Shown here: positions 13,366-27,057 of the stretch, in pieces
Position numbering within the stretch: the first letter of the stretch is position 1
How the letters are laid out: each line of letters starts with the position of its first letter
Origin: Octopus vulgaris
Taxonomy: Eukaryota
Assembly: GCA_951406725.2 (NCBI GenBank)
Contig: OX597821.1
Location: 75,268,001-75,332,000, forward strand
Direction of reading: 5' to 3'
Length of the DNA stretch: 64,000 bases
The notes under the pieces: generated by a model
What the model saw: only the letters and a program-made list of their open reading frames with translations
What the model was told of the DNA's origin: nothing
The model's database searches: none
Translations under genes and position numbers: made by a program

Positions 13366-13407
<42 letters not shown>

Positions 13408-13412
<5 letters not shown>

Positions 13413-13803
13413 TTTGAGGGAATATTAATCCTAAATTACAGGGAAAAATTCAATTTAGAAATACTAAATCAAATTTCACACAATATATATATAAATTGAA
13501 AAAACCACCTTTATCAATTCAAAATGAACAATTAAATTACACCATCTAGAAAATTACATATAATAGAAATATTAAAATTAAAATAACAATAATATACCGA
13601 TGATTAAGTAAATTGCAAAAAAAATAATAAAAACGTATATATTAGGTTTTTATGTATATTACGTTTTTATTATTTTTTGCAATTTACTTAATCATCGGTA
13701 TATTATTGTTATTTTAATTTTAATATTTCTATTATATGTAATTTTCTAGATGGTGTAATTTAATTGTTCATTTTGAATCGATAAGAGGTGGTTTTTTTCT
13801 GAT
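13408..13803. repeat. Fold-back element, ~140-bp inverted arms ('agggaat' family)
   Basis: 13499-13638 is the reverse complement of 13660-13799; left end related to 23720 and 41290. Confidence 0.8.
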
Positions 13804-13814
13804 TTATATATATA

Positions 13815-14211
13815 CTAGCAGTATCGCCCGGCGTTGCTCGGGTTGTAAGGGAAATAACTATATAAGCATTTTTAGAGAGTTATAGGCAAAAAATAGCAAA
13901 AAAATGCATTAAAAATTGAAAAAAAAATTAAGGTAAATTTTTTTTTTAAATCGTTGACACATCGTAGATATTTTTAGAGAGTTACTTCCCTTATATAAAA
14001 GCGAAAAAAATGCATTAAAATGGGAAAATATGATGGTAAATTTTTTTAAAATCGTAGACTCATCGTAGACGCGCGCTAATACCCAGAAGGGCTCGATATG
14101 AATCATGACTATAAGATACCCGCTTTTGGTTAAACTGCACCGCAAAATGTGGGAGTAGTTACGAATCTAAATCGAAGGGGACAGACACACAACTTCACTC
14201 TTATATAAAGA
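13815..14211 (-). mobile_element. Non-autonomous Helitron, copy 4
   Basis: Same termini and hairpin as 3638-4027. Confidence 0.9.
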
Positions 14212-14994
14212 TGCTTTTTTTTTTCAGTCATAGAGTTAGATTTATGAAGGTCTTCAGTAGAAAATCCTTCGAATTCTGACTCGCTGCTTGATGTAATGAA
14301 ATTCGTATCCATTTTTTGTCAGAATTACAAATTTTGAAAACACAATAGGAACAAATTTCGGAAAAAAATCTCCCATAATTCACGGAATTAAAATTACACT
14401 TCGATTTTTGTACAAAACTGTATTTGAAGTGTTTACGAAGTATAATACGTGTTTTCACGAATGTACTAAAGAGATTTACTCTGATAGTCTCATTTAAATA
14501 TGAATAGGTAAATTCGGGCGGTTTAGTAACGAAAGGGTTTATATAAGTGTCGTCTGTTTATACATAAACACTGTTTCATGCTTTCAGTTTAGTCTTCCTC
14601 AAATCAATCTGTCGCTAATTTACTCTCTTCCAAGAACATTTTCACTCACTCTTATCTGTTAGCTTCCCATACATTTTACTCATGTATCTATCAGCGTGAT
14701 AGACAGAAACAAATATTACATCTAGTTTCACTTTATTCGTTGCACACTGTGTGTGTGCGTTTGCGTGTGCTGTAAACCAGACTAAGAAAAGCATTTGACA
14801 TACACACCAGAATGTGAGTTTTCTGTAAATTTTGCTTAATTGGAGTTTAAATTTTAAAAACTGGACCTGGCATGACCCGATGCATTCTACTCTTAAAAAT
14901 GCTAGGTAAATTGTAATTGAAAAAATCCTATATTGTAGATTTCTATAACTTACAAAGAGAGGCAGATAAAATCTGCCTTTTATAATAAGAGATA

Positions 14995-15167
14995 TGCTGG
15001 TGTTTTCACGTCCCCGTAACGTAGTGGTTCGGCAAAAGGGAGCGATAGAAGAAGTACTAGGTTTACAAAGAACAAGTCCTGTGGCCGATTTGTTCGACTA
15101 AAACCCTTTAAGGTGGTGCTCCAGCATGGCTGCAGTAAAATACCTGAAACAAGCAAAAGAATAAAAG
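14995..15167 (+). mobile_element. SINE family A, 3' half
   Basis: gctggtgttttcacgtccccgtaac..ggtggtgctccagcatggctgcagt..gaaacaagcaaaaga. Confidence 0.8.
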
Positions 15168-15208
15168 AAGATACATATATGTGTGTATGTATGTAAATAT
15201 GTATGAAC

Positions 15209-15426
15209 AAGGGGGTGGGGGTGCTGAAAAGTTCCTGGCTTTAAGAGTATCACGAAAGCCTTGGCTAGAGTCCTAGCCTTCCGAGCTCTTTTACAGGGCT
15301 TCGAAAACATTGAAGGACAGCTGCAATAAGTGTGTGAATCTGAGAAGGGAATATGTTGAATGAAATCATAATGAACTGATCCTCCTGTAATTTCTTTTAC
15401 TCAAAGAACTTTTCAGCAATCTCTCG
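15209..15426 (+). mobile_element. mariner-derived MITE
   Basis: Inverted ends gctgaaaagttc / gaacttttcagc; internal KCVNLRREYVE* resembles the mariner transposase C-terminus. Confidence 0.75.
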
Positions 15427-16022
15427 CCTTCCTGTATGTGTGTGTTTGCATGTGTGTGGTTGTTCGCAGTTATTTTGTTTTTGTTTCGGCTTACACAAAG
15501 CACGTTGAGCCACACGATCAACGCTAGTACAATGAAAAATATAGCCTAGTTTTAAAAAAAAAACCTTCTCTGTTGTATTGCGTATTACAGCGTTACACAT
15601 CATAAGGCAGATAATTCGAAATGTAACCACTATGGATAATATAAGGTAATATGGGAAACTAAAAGTAATTATAAATTATATTTTTCAAATTTCTTGGTGT
15701 TTACACAAAACAAAAAAGCGAATACTAATTTTTGAAAGGAAAATGATTATGTTCTTTAGATAACTTTACGTAGAACAAATTTCTCAGTTATATATTTGCA
15801 ATAAATATGTTATTTTCCTAAATTTTATCCGCATAATTGGAATCTACTGTATCTAAAACCTATCCGAGCAAAATTTCAATCACAACTGAATTTTGTTGAA
15901 ATCTATTATTACCTGCTACCAAGCCTTGCTTGATCCGGTCCATCTTATATTGACTCTCTTTGAGTTTCCCTATCATTCCCTCTCCCCCTCTCTCTATACA
16001 ATGTAAAGTGTACATTATTTAT

Positions 16023-16288
16023 ATTATTTACATTTGACAGATATTTGTCCTCATCTTGTTTGTTGTTAACACGTTTCGGCTGATATACCCTCCAGCCTTC
16101 ATCAGGTGTCTTGGGGAAATTTCGAACCTGGATTCTCATTCCCTAAGGTATTTTTCGATGTTGTTGTTATCATCATCATCATCATTATTATTATTATTAT
16201 TCAAGTCACTGCCCGTGGGCATATGGCGTAGTGGTTAAGAGTGCGGGCTACTAACCACAAGATTCCGAGTTCGATTCCAGGTAGTGTA

Positions 16289-16342
<54 letters not shown>

Positions 16343-16688
16343 GAAAAATACCTTAGGGAATGAGAATCCAGGTTCGAAATTTCCCCAAGACACTTGATGA
16401 AGGCTGGAGGGTATATCAGCCGAATATATATCAGTATATCAGTAAGGGTATATCAGTAAGGCGGCGAGCTGGCAGAAACGTTAGCACGCCGGGCGAAATG
16501 CTTTGCGGTATTTCGTCTGCGTTACGTTGTCTGCCCTTGTTTGTCCCCTCTGTGTTTAGCCCCTTGTGGGTAATAAAGAAATAGGTATATCAGCCGAAAC
16601 GTTGTGTTAACAACAAATAAGATGAGGACAAATATCCTTCGAATGTGAATAATGTACATAATTCCTCATCTCTTAAATATAGAACTGA
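16023..16688 (+). mobile_element. tRNA-headed short element with hammerhead motif and inverted upstream partial copy
   Basis: A box tggcgtagtgg 16224, B box gagttcgattcc 16267, (AAT)n, then gacac-(C/T)TGATGA-aggctg..cagcc-GAAAC-GTT-gtgtt; 16023-16213 is an inverted copy of the downstream part. Confidence 0.8.
16460..16583 (+). mobile_element. SINE family B, internally deleted, nested, 15-bp TSD
   Basis: ggcggcgagctggcagaaacgttagc..gtgggtaataaagaaata; ggtatatcagccgaa at 16410-16424 and 16584-16598. Confidence 0.85.
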
Positions 16689-16832
16689 ATATGAAGTGTG
16701 ACAGGAAATGTTAACCAATATTTATCAGCTGTTATATATATATTAGGCAATAAGATAATCAGTGAGTTGTCAGAAAATTCCTCCACAGTCATTGTAAGTC
16801 CGGCATCATAGAAGCTGATAACCAGCAGGGAA

Positions 16833-17527
16833 CTTTCTTTATTGGTCACACAGGGCTGAACACAAAAGGGACATATACAAATATAGAGCTTTTCTTTTCG
16901 AAAATGAAAAAGAAAAGGGGGAAATGAAGAAAACAAGTAAAATTCCGATCAAAAGGGATCGGTGAAAAACAATCAAAAAGGATCGTGTATCACAGGATAA
17001 TTTTAAAAATGTAAAAAACAAAGTTAGGTTTATCCGTGGAAAGAAAAGCTTACGGAAATGACCACAGTAACTTCAGGCAGGGAGGGAATAAACACATGAG
17101 AGCAAAGCGCTCTCTCTTTTTTCGATTTAGAGGATCAAATCTCAAAGTGGTTTCATCTCTCGCATGCACCATCTTTGCTACATTCACCCATCTTTTTTTT
17201 TTAAGTTTCGCGAAACAAAACCTGCCTCTCCATTCTCGTTCCTTTTCAAGTGGTACTTGAAAAAGTTGATGAGCGATTGGCCAGAGAGGTAAGTGTTTGT
17301 CTCTAATCCTTTCGCTCGAGTCCACCACACACATTCTTTCACCATGACCACCAGTACGATGAAGACTGCCTTGCCTTCCCGATTGAAGGAAGGTGGCGGA
17401 GCAATCCCCACAACAGACTCGGCCGACAGGCAGACTCGTCCCATACGTAACAGCAGCCGTTCGGCATAAGCCCACAGGTCCGAAATTGTTCGACACAGCA
17501 CGCGTGCATGCAGAACGGTTTCGTCGC
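16833..17527 (-). mobile_element. L1/Tx1-type LINE, 5'-truncated, degenerate
   Basis: Minus-strand TISDLWAYAERLL..KECVWWTRAKGLETNTYLSGQSLINFFKYHLKR matches ORF 37079..37639; same 3' end cagccctgtgtgaccaataaagaaa. Confidence 0.9.
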
Positions 17528-18293
17528 AGCAGATAGAAAGATGGGAGTATTAGGGTTGCCGAACAATCTTTGGTAAACAAGGCTGAACTGTCTGAAGTAA
17601 GGAAACACAGTAGAAACCTCGCGATATTGTGGCTTGATTATAGGAAGGCATTCAGTTCTATTTCCCATTCATGGGTGCTGAAGACCCGACACTTGACAAA
17701 AATACTTTCTACCTTAGTTGCTGACATTGACAGGTTCACCACCACCTGAGCAACAATTCGTACATTTACAACTGAGAATGGAACTATCGTCTCTGATATT
17801 TCAAACGGACTATTCCAAGCAGATAGTCCAACTATAATTCTGCATATTCTGGCGTTACATTTGCTATAATTTAAATAGGTTGCACTTACATAAATAATTT
17901 CTCTTTTCTAGGCGAAAATCTAATGTGGACATAGAAGCTTCAAAGTCAGACAAAATATCTTATTACACTTTGTTCGGCTCGTCTGGCCGTTTTGCGAAAC
18001 GAAATCATAAAACGTAAACTTTTTTCTAGCCATTATCGCAAACGAATAAGTTAGTGAAAACTTATGCAAAACTCCACTGAATTAAATTAATGAATTAATT
18101 TGATTCAATCATTTAACTAACCAGACAAAGGAATGATAATTTAGCCGAAAATAGCTTAAACATTACATTTCACATATCATGTGAATATCTAAAATACATC
18201 GTCAAGCAGATAACATAAAAAATCAAGAATGATATCATCAAAGTGCATTCCGTTTGAAAATGGATTTATTTGTGTGCCGTATTCCGAAATTGA

Positions 18294-18369
<76 letters not shown>

Positions 18370-18371
18370 AT

Positions 18372-18412
<41 letters not shown>

Positions 18413-19663
18413 TGCACACACACACACACACACTTACACAAACGCGAACGCACTCACATACGCACACACACACACACAGACACACACACACACACACAAA
18501 CGCGAACGTACTCACAGATATTGGAATAATCTGTTATGAAAATATTATTGAATAACCATATATGAGAACGAAATATATTCTATGATTTGTGATATCGCCG
18601 TAACATTCAAATAACATATAATAATTTGAATGTGAAACGGTGGCTTGCATATTCATTCTTGGTACATTCTAACAGATTCGAACGTAAATATGCTAATCAT
18701 TGTTTTGTTTCGTCCCAGGAAAATACAACGAATATGTGCTCATAAATTCAAGGGTTTCTGAGAAATCCAGTGTTTCGTCTTCCTTGGGTCCTGTCAGTCA
18801 GATATACGTTCAAGCCAATGAATGTAACAGGAACCGATGGTCTTCCTTTATGATTTCAGCTAACAGATTAGTCGCTGATCCGTGCTGCTATCTGCAAACC
18901 GATAAGACAGTATTCTAGGAATACCTTTTCTCACAACTTTATTTTAGCGGTGTTGTTACAACTCAGCATTGAATCTGTTAATTATACGTAGCAATTCAGG
19001 GTAATGCAGTTTATCCCTTTCAAGCTACATCAGCAATACAATGAAAATCTAGCACAACGTAAGTTCCGATACTGTTGCAGTGCTGTTGTAGGTTAAATTA
19101 TATAGATTTTTCCATTCAATCATGGGTATTTAGGATAAGGAGGAATGAGTCTTTTGAGAATGAAGTATATTAGCAGCGGATACACCAAAATGTCTTTGCC
19201 ACGATGTGAACTGAAGAACTTTTGGCTGACTGATTGATACAGGACCCATCCACTATCCAGTTTTTGGTAGGGAGTGGTTTCTCCCACACCATTAAAATAC
19301 CAACAATAGCAGCCATATTCATTAAATTATGAATACTATGAAGAGATAAATACGGCAATATGAAAGTCAAAGATTGAAACTTTGAACAAAGAAATGAGAT
19401 ATCGACGTTTCGGATAATTTGTCGTTTCCATGAAAGATCGGGTGAAAGAAGGGAAAAGAAAATTAGACGGAAGCAAACTGTGGATGTGTTATGAAACTAA
19501 GGTAATTACAGTTTATAGAATGGACGAAAGCGCTAATATATGACATATGATGCATAAAAACATGTAACATACAAATAAATATCTGTAAATATAAAACCAT
19601 CCGAATTTCTGAGTACCTCATTTTTTCTAATATATAATACCTGTGCATCATCTCCAAACCTAA

Positions 19664-19780
<117 letters not shown>

Positions 19781-20170
19781 CGACCCTTATATTAATTTAC
19801 TGTAAATTCAATAAGTCATAGTTGCTCAGATCCAAGTCAATGTTGCAACTTCTGATTCAATGCATTGGAGCCGTTCTGATCCCGCCTTTTCGATACATGA
19901 AGGACACATGATCCAATATATCCAGTCCTTATACGAAGTGGCACGGTTTGACTTGTGGTAGATATCTCTGCTATTTCTTGCAGGTCGATGGACCATATAA
20001 AGACTCTCATTGGTTTTCGAAATTTTAGTGTGTTCTTTTACCAGTATTCACAATGACTAATATGCATTAGGAATTTATTCGAAAATAGGAATCTTAATTT
20101 AAAATAAACTAGTGATGGATGGCGCTATTAATAAACTGTCTCTCCGTGTAATATGTCTCTGGCATTAAAC

Positions 20171-20949
20171 GGCAAGCTGGCAGAAACGTTAGCACGCCGA
20201 GCGAAATGCTTAGCAGTATTTCGTCTGCCGTTACGTTGTGAGTTCAAATTCCGCCGAGGACGAGTTTGCTTTTCATCCTTTCGGGGTCGATTAAATGAGT
20301 ACCAGTTACGCACTGAGGTCGATATAATCGACTTAATCCGTTTGTCTGTCCTTGTTTGTCCCTTCTGTGTTTCGCCTCTTGTTGGTAGTAAAGAAATAGG
20401 TATTTCGTCTATCTTTACGTTCTGAGTTCAAATTCCGTCGCGGTCGACTTTGCCTTTAATCCTTTCGGGGTCGATTAAATGAGTACCAGTTACGCACTGA
20501 GGTCGATATAATCGACTTAATCCGTTTGTCTGTCCTTGTTTGTCCCTTTTGTGTTTAACCCCTTTGTGGGTAGTAAAGAAATAGGTATTTCGTCTATCTT
20601 TACGTTCTGAGTTCAAATTCCACCGAGGTCGACTTTGCCTTTCATCCTTTCGGGGTCGTTTAAATAAGTACCAGTTACGCACTGGGGTCGATGTAATCGG
20701 TTTAATCCGTTTGTCTGTCCTTGTTTGTCCCTTCTGTGTTTCGCCTCTTGTGGGTAGTAAAGAAATAGGTATTTCAACTATCTTTATGTTCTGAGTTCAA
20801 ATTCCGCCATGGTCGACTTTGCCTATAATCCTTTCGGGGTCGATTAAATAAGTACCAGTTACGCACTGGGGTCGATGTAATCGACTTAATCCGTTTGTCT
20901 GTCCTTGTTTGTCCCCTCTATGTTTAGCCTCTTGCGGGTAATAAAGAAA
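20171..20949 (+). mobile_element. SINE family B: one head followed by four tandem ~185-bp body units
   Basis: Units restart at (g/a)gtatttc at about 20216, 20399, 20585 and 20768; core gcctttcatcctttcggggtcga..agtaccag resembles the Meta-SINE domain; flanked by aatat(g/a)tctctggcatt. Confidence 0.9.
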
Positions 20950-22102
20950 CAAATATATCTCTGGCATTGTAGCTTACAGAGACAATGAATCTGCAACTTA
21001 GCCTCACAGTGGTTCTTGACCTGGCTACTGCGAATTAACACAACTCTTAATTGTACAGTGCTGTTCGTGTTACATTTGATACACTTTTACTTATAGGCAA
21101 TGGGAGTAATTTAAACTTTATCAGATAGAACAAAATGACGTTTGTAATAGAGAGACTGTCCAACGTTTAGCCGTCACTATGGCATTTCATTAACTTCGCT
21201 AAGTCTGCTGCTTCTGCGACAAATCCTCGGTGTCTAGTTTTTGTCAATCGTTCTCGCAGGAGGAGCAGCACTCTGTGTGTTTGAGTTGCTGGATGAAGCA
21301 GTGATGGTAGTAGTGGATGGAGTTTTTCTTATAAAATATTTTAGCAAAATTTACTCATGCATTTCTTATTAAACCTGACTCAAATAAAACAATATATAAA
21401 ATAGAGTACGCTGGTGTGTGAAAAACGCAGGGAAAATTCGTGCGTTTTCTACACTCCACTGATAATTAATCGAAGTGCAAAGAAAGAAACAAAATAATAA
21501 AATAAGATATAAAATATCAAAAGAAAGAATAGAGAAGGTTGTAGGGCGAAGTGAACAATAGTATTTTGTAACAAGTCTTTTTTTTTCTTTCTTTCTTGTG
21601 TTTTCGATTTTTAGCTGCAAAGTCAATGAGTTCAAAAAGAGGCTTGGCTTTTCGACTGCGGTTTCTTTGTCTTCAGCGAAAACCTTACGCTGGATATAAA
21701 ATGCCTATTGTATTAATGAAAGAGTATGAAAAACTAGGGAGAGATGTGCAACGAGGCAAAGGAGTAGAAATTAATGTAAAGAAAAGAGAGAGAGAAAGAG
21801 AGGGGGGCGAAAGAAAGAAAAGGGTTGAAAAGGGATCGCTGCGTTGTGAAAGGAGGAAGACAATTGCATTGGTGAATCTTGAGAGAAACAAAGGCGGGCT
21901 TGCGTATTAATATGCAAATTAGTTCCAACAATATCGACGAGAATAATGCTCAATTAAATGAAAATGAAAATACGATATCTTTCTACTTTCTTAACCATAT
22001 CTATTTATCCACATATCTACAAATTTAATTCTACACACATTATTCTACCACATCTATTTAAGATATTCATTCTTTCTTCCTTTATTTCCTTCTATCTTTC
22101 CT

Positions 22103-22147
<45 letters not shown>

Positions 22148-22248
22148 TCTCTCTCTCTCATTCTGTCTTTCTCTCTTTTTTTTATCGCTATCAAAAACTT
22201 TCTATTCTGTATAACTTGCAGAGAAGATTTCTATATTAGACATTATAA

Positions 22249-22285
<37 letters not shown>

Positions 22286-22394
22286 TGTATATGTATACAT
22301 ATATTTACATGCAAAAATACATACACGCACCCACTCATATGAATGTGAGTGTATATGTATGTAAATCAGTATGTGTGCGTGCGTGTGTATGTGT

Positions 22395-22439
<45 letters not shown>

Positions 22440-22609
22440 AGCACACATGCATAGCCTAATAAACGTATAGGCATGGAAATATGGACGGATTGGATGAGGA
22501 ATAGAAAAGAATGAAATTATAATTCAAGAAAGCTAAATACACGAATCACAGAAAATAAATTGTAGCTGCACCATTAGCTACGGATATCAGGATCGTGCAT
22601 TTTCAATGC

Positions 22610-22642
<33 letters not shown>

Positions 22643-22953
22643 TGTATGTATGTATGTATGTATGTATGTAGGTGTGTGTGTATGTATTTATGTGTGTATG
22701 TATGTATGTGTGTGTATGTATGCATGTATGTTTGTATGTGTGTATGCAAGTGTGTATGTATATATCTATGTATGCGTGTATGCATGTGTGTATGTATGTA
22801 TGCTTGTGTGTATGTATGTATGCATGTGTGTATGTATGAATGTATGTATGTACATATGTATGTATGTATGTGTGTATGTATATATGCATGCATGTGTGTA
22901 TGTATATAGGTATGTATGTGTGTCTGTCTGTATAGACGTATGTACGTATGTAC

Positions 22954-23103
22954 GTATATATGTATGGATACATGTGTATGTATCTATCTGCTTATCTATA
23001 TATACATACATACATAGATATACGTGTGTGTGTGTTAGTGCGTGTGTATATACATATACATATGAATATATCCACGTACATAAATGCATATATATATATA
23101 TAC

Positions 23104-23138
<35 letters not shown>

Positions 23139-23141
23139 ATG

Positions 23142-23197
<56 letters not shown>

Positions 23198-23204
23198 CAT
23201 ATAT

Positions 23205-23236
<32 letters not shown>

Positions 23237-23390
23237 TATAGTATATATATATGCATTTATGTACGTGGATATATTCATATGTATATGTATATACACACGC
23301 ACTAACACACACACACGTATATCTATGTATGTATGTATGTATATATAGATAAGCAGATAGATACATACACATGTATCCATACATATATAC
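22954..23390. repeat. ~437-bp palindrome centred on (TA)n
   Basis: Unique landmarks (atctatctgcttatcta, gttagtgcgtg, atccacgtacataaatgc) recur as reverse complements. Confidence 0.9.
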
Positions 23391-23394
23391 ATAT

Positions 23395-23463
<69 letters not shown>

Positions 23464-23471
23464 CCTAGATA

Positions 23472-23685
23472 CAGTAATACCTTACCAAATCACGGTTCAC
23501 CTATCGCGGTTTATTATTCGAGCTTACTTCGATTCCTCCATGGTGTTGTTTTGCAGTTATAATAAAATAAATATATACAAAAGATAAAAATAATAAAAAA
23601 AATATATACAGTACGGTACTGTTTCTACTTCGCGGATTTTCACCTATCACGCGGGGATTTTGGAACGTAACACTCGCGATAGTCG

Positions 23686-23686
<1 letters not shown>
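23472..23686 (+). mobile_element. Tigger/pogo-like MITE
   Basis: ta-cagtaatacc start; inverted homologue at 34705-34938. Confidence 0.7.
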
Positions 23687-23719
<33 letters not shown>

Positions 23720-23724
<5 letters not shown>

Positions 23725-24021
23725 AAATATTAGGGAATAAATCCAAACTTACAGGGAAAAATCAGATTTAGGATTGAATCCAATTTTATAGTAAAATATT
23801 ATATTATATTAAATTACAGATAAAACCACTATTAGGCAAATCATACAATGAAAAACTTAAGGCAATACATAAGATTAATTAATTTATATTATTTTAAATA
23901 TATATCAAAATTATTAAAAAAAGATAATTAAAATAATAACTTAATTAATCTTATGTATTGACTTGAGTTTTTCATTGTATGATTTGCCTAATACTGGTTT
24001 TATCTCTAATTTAATATAATA
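23720..24021. repeat. Fold-back element ('agggaat' family), ~80-bp arms
   Basis: 23803-23882 is inverted at 23941-24021; first ~80 bp nearly identical to 41290-41370. Confidence 0.8.
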
Positions 24022-24957
24022 TACACAAACACATACACAAGCATATACATACATATATATATATACATACATACATATATACACACATACACACGCACAC
24101 ACGCACTCACACACACATATTTACACATATAAGCACACTGTTGAGACAACATAGTGACTCATGGACCGAAAGTTTCTTGCGTTAAGACTCATCGAATTAG
24201 TTTATTAAGTTCTAAACACATCCGCACATATCTGCGACTATCCATTGTGCACCATACTGGCTAAGAAACGACACTCATTGCTAATGGTGTTTATCTCTGT
24301 TCGAAATTAAAAGTTTGTTGATTGTTTTGAGGATACCATATTGTAGACTGAAATTTATGTCCAACGCTGAAATCAAAGAGCTATTTAGAATTCTCGAGAT
24401 AGTGTCGACTAGAAGATTTCAACCACTTTCGTTTCCTATTTTACCTTCCTGGTCCTCCATAGCCCTTTCATGTATACGGGGGAAAAAAACTCAACCCTAC
24501 TGTGCTTTTATACTTAAATATTATCAGGAATTTGTAAAAATAATTTATGTATTTTAGAAGTAGAAACAATTTATTGCACTTAAATAATAGCAGCAAAATC
24601 TTAAATGGACCCCCAACGGTTATATAGGCCGCGGTTGAGAACTGCTAGTATGGACATTACTAAAGGCTGAGTCATATGGTCGCATTTAAACGGTTTGCAG
24701 ATTTACTTTCAGCAACTACAATGCCATATATTTAAAAAATAGTATGTATTGTGATCCTATGACTGAGCGTGTATGTGTGTGTGTGTGTGTGCGAGAGTGT
24801 AGAAATATACAGACGGCTAATGGCAAGACATATGAATGTCAACAGAGTGCTCCATCGTGAAATAAAATGGTCTTTGTAGTCGAACTTGAGTGATAACGTA
24901 AACGTGGTCATTGCTTCCAATACTTCTATGTTAGCATACAATTAAGACACACACACA

Positions 24958-25006
<49 letters not shown>

Positions 25007-25031
25007 TTACACACATACACACACTCACATG

Positions 25032-25081
<50 letters not shown>

Positions 25082-25441
25082 CACAGTGACGACTAAAATT
25101 CTTATTTCTGGCGAAACATTGAAAGCTGCTGTTTATATTAATTTTATAATGCTAAATCATCCGTTAGTTTGGATGACAAGGACATATATACTAATAGAAC
25201 TGCATGTCCGAAAAGTGCCGAAATTTACAGCCAGTCTTAAATGATGAGGCAACGGAAATTGCCGAAACTAACGACAGCATTACGAACCCTCGATCGGCAT
25301 TTTTCGGACGATTAAGGTCTCTGTTAGTATGTGAGTTGACTACAGAATTGGAGCATTTTAGCTCTTATTTCTAGCATAGGTGTTTCTAATACCCTAATCA
25401 CATTTAGCAATTTTTGGTTTTGGTGAAACATTGCAAATTGG

Positions 25442-25520
<79 letters not shown>

Positions 25521-26437
25521 TCGAGAGAGTTGGTATGTGAAAGTACGTGGTTGGATGTATAAAAGACAAAATAGAGTGAAAATACTACCCGAACATTTTT
25601 GCTTATATCCCTTATACCGAAAAAAGAAACTCCTGATTACCTTCTCCTGTCTGGAACTTTCATACTTCACTTCATAGCGAAGAGATCACACAATATAGGT
25701 AAAGAAATTTGAGAAATTTGAAAAGAAAATACCAAACCGCTTATTTCTCCAAAAACCATGTTATTTTACACAACATTTTATAATATAACGATTTAAATAT
25801 ATTCTTTAATCATATAGCACAAGTTTTCTGCAGTATTTTCGCTCTTTTTTGTCTTTTACATATATATGTATAAGTGAGTAACAAAGAGGTACAGGTATTC
25901 TCACATTATTAACACCTGTACCTCTGTTACTCATATTTTATTCACCTATCCTGGAATATTATAGATTATTTTTAATATAAAGTACACGTCAGAATAGCTA
26001 AGAAGGGATTTCTTCACTCAACAGGGTCTTATTATCTGCAAACACTGGAAGAATATAAAGTGACCGGCACTTATGCACCAAATCTGGTATTCACTGAATA
26101 TCATTGAGTATGCATGTTACTCAGACCTAACAAAGTGCCTCAATTTAAGTGCTTAATTCAACTGAATCTTAATTATATGATATATATATGTATGTACACA
26201 ACAAAGGAACAAACGGAAAATTCCCACATACGACACAATCTACAAAGAGAGAAAGAGATAGAGAGAAAGAGTGAGAAAGCGATAAGGATAGAGAGCGACA
26301 GACAGACACAGAGGAAGAGCGATGAATAGATTTACATGCATGCATACATCCATATATACAGATACATATAATTTCGAATGACGTACTTACGTACACAAGC
26401 ATACACGCACAATAAACTACCCTGCACACACACACAA

Positions 26438-26471
<34 letters not shown>

Positions 26472-26708
26472 ATTTGTACTCTAATGCAATCTATCCACTC
26501 TTCGTCGGTCGGCCTGATGCATTTTATTTTGGGATATTGTGGAATACGGTGAATGCCACAAGTTATGAACTTGTTGAACAACTGATTAGAGTAATGTGTA
26601 AGAGCAACCATAACAATGAAGATGTTACTATTGTTATTGTTCTCTGTGACCAAAATGCTGATGACGATGACGACATCATAGTAACGTTGTAAATACGTTT
26701 GCAATATA

Positions 26709-26769
<61 letters not shown>

Positions 26770-26826
26770 TATATTCATTGAAATAAATACATTTGCAATA
26801 TATGTCTATATATATATATATATATA

Positions 26827-27057
26827 TGGAGAATAAAACCTTCAGACGTGTCTCTAACCGGTGTTAGGGAAGGGTTTTGGTAGCAGGAGGTCAATGTACT
26901 GAAGAATGGCAGCAAAGTGAGTGGCCGAGATTTTCAAGTACACATGCACATGAAAATCTCGGCCACTCACTCTGCTGCCATTCTTCAGTACATTGACCTC
27001 CTGCTACCAAAACCCTTCCCTAACACCGGTTAGAGACACGTCTGAAGGTTTTATTCT

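Noticed and set aside
16215-16290. tRNA gene (also 63050-63120, 2370-2441, 9330-9401)
   Set aside because: A/B boxes are present but there is no convincing acceptor stem or terminator, and each continues into repeat body; treated as SINE heads
19120-19327. Minus-strand frame FNEYGCYCWYFNGVGETTP.. resembling the phospholipase A2 YGCYCG loop
   Set aside because: Lacks the following Gly and the D-x-CC-xx-HD catalytic motif; an in-frame stop lies immediately upstream
20171-20949. Regularly spaced repeats suggestive of a CRISPR array
   Set aside because: Whole ~185-bp units repeat with no unique spacers; the sequence is a SINE body in eukaryotic DNA
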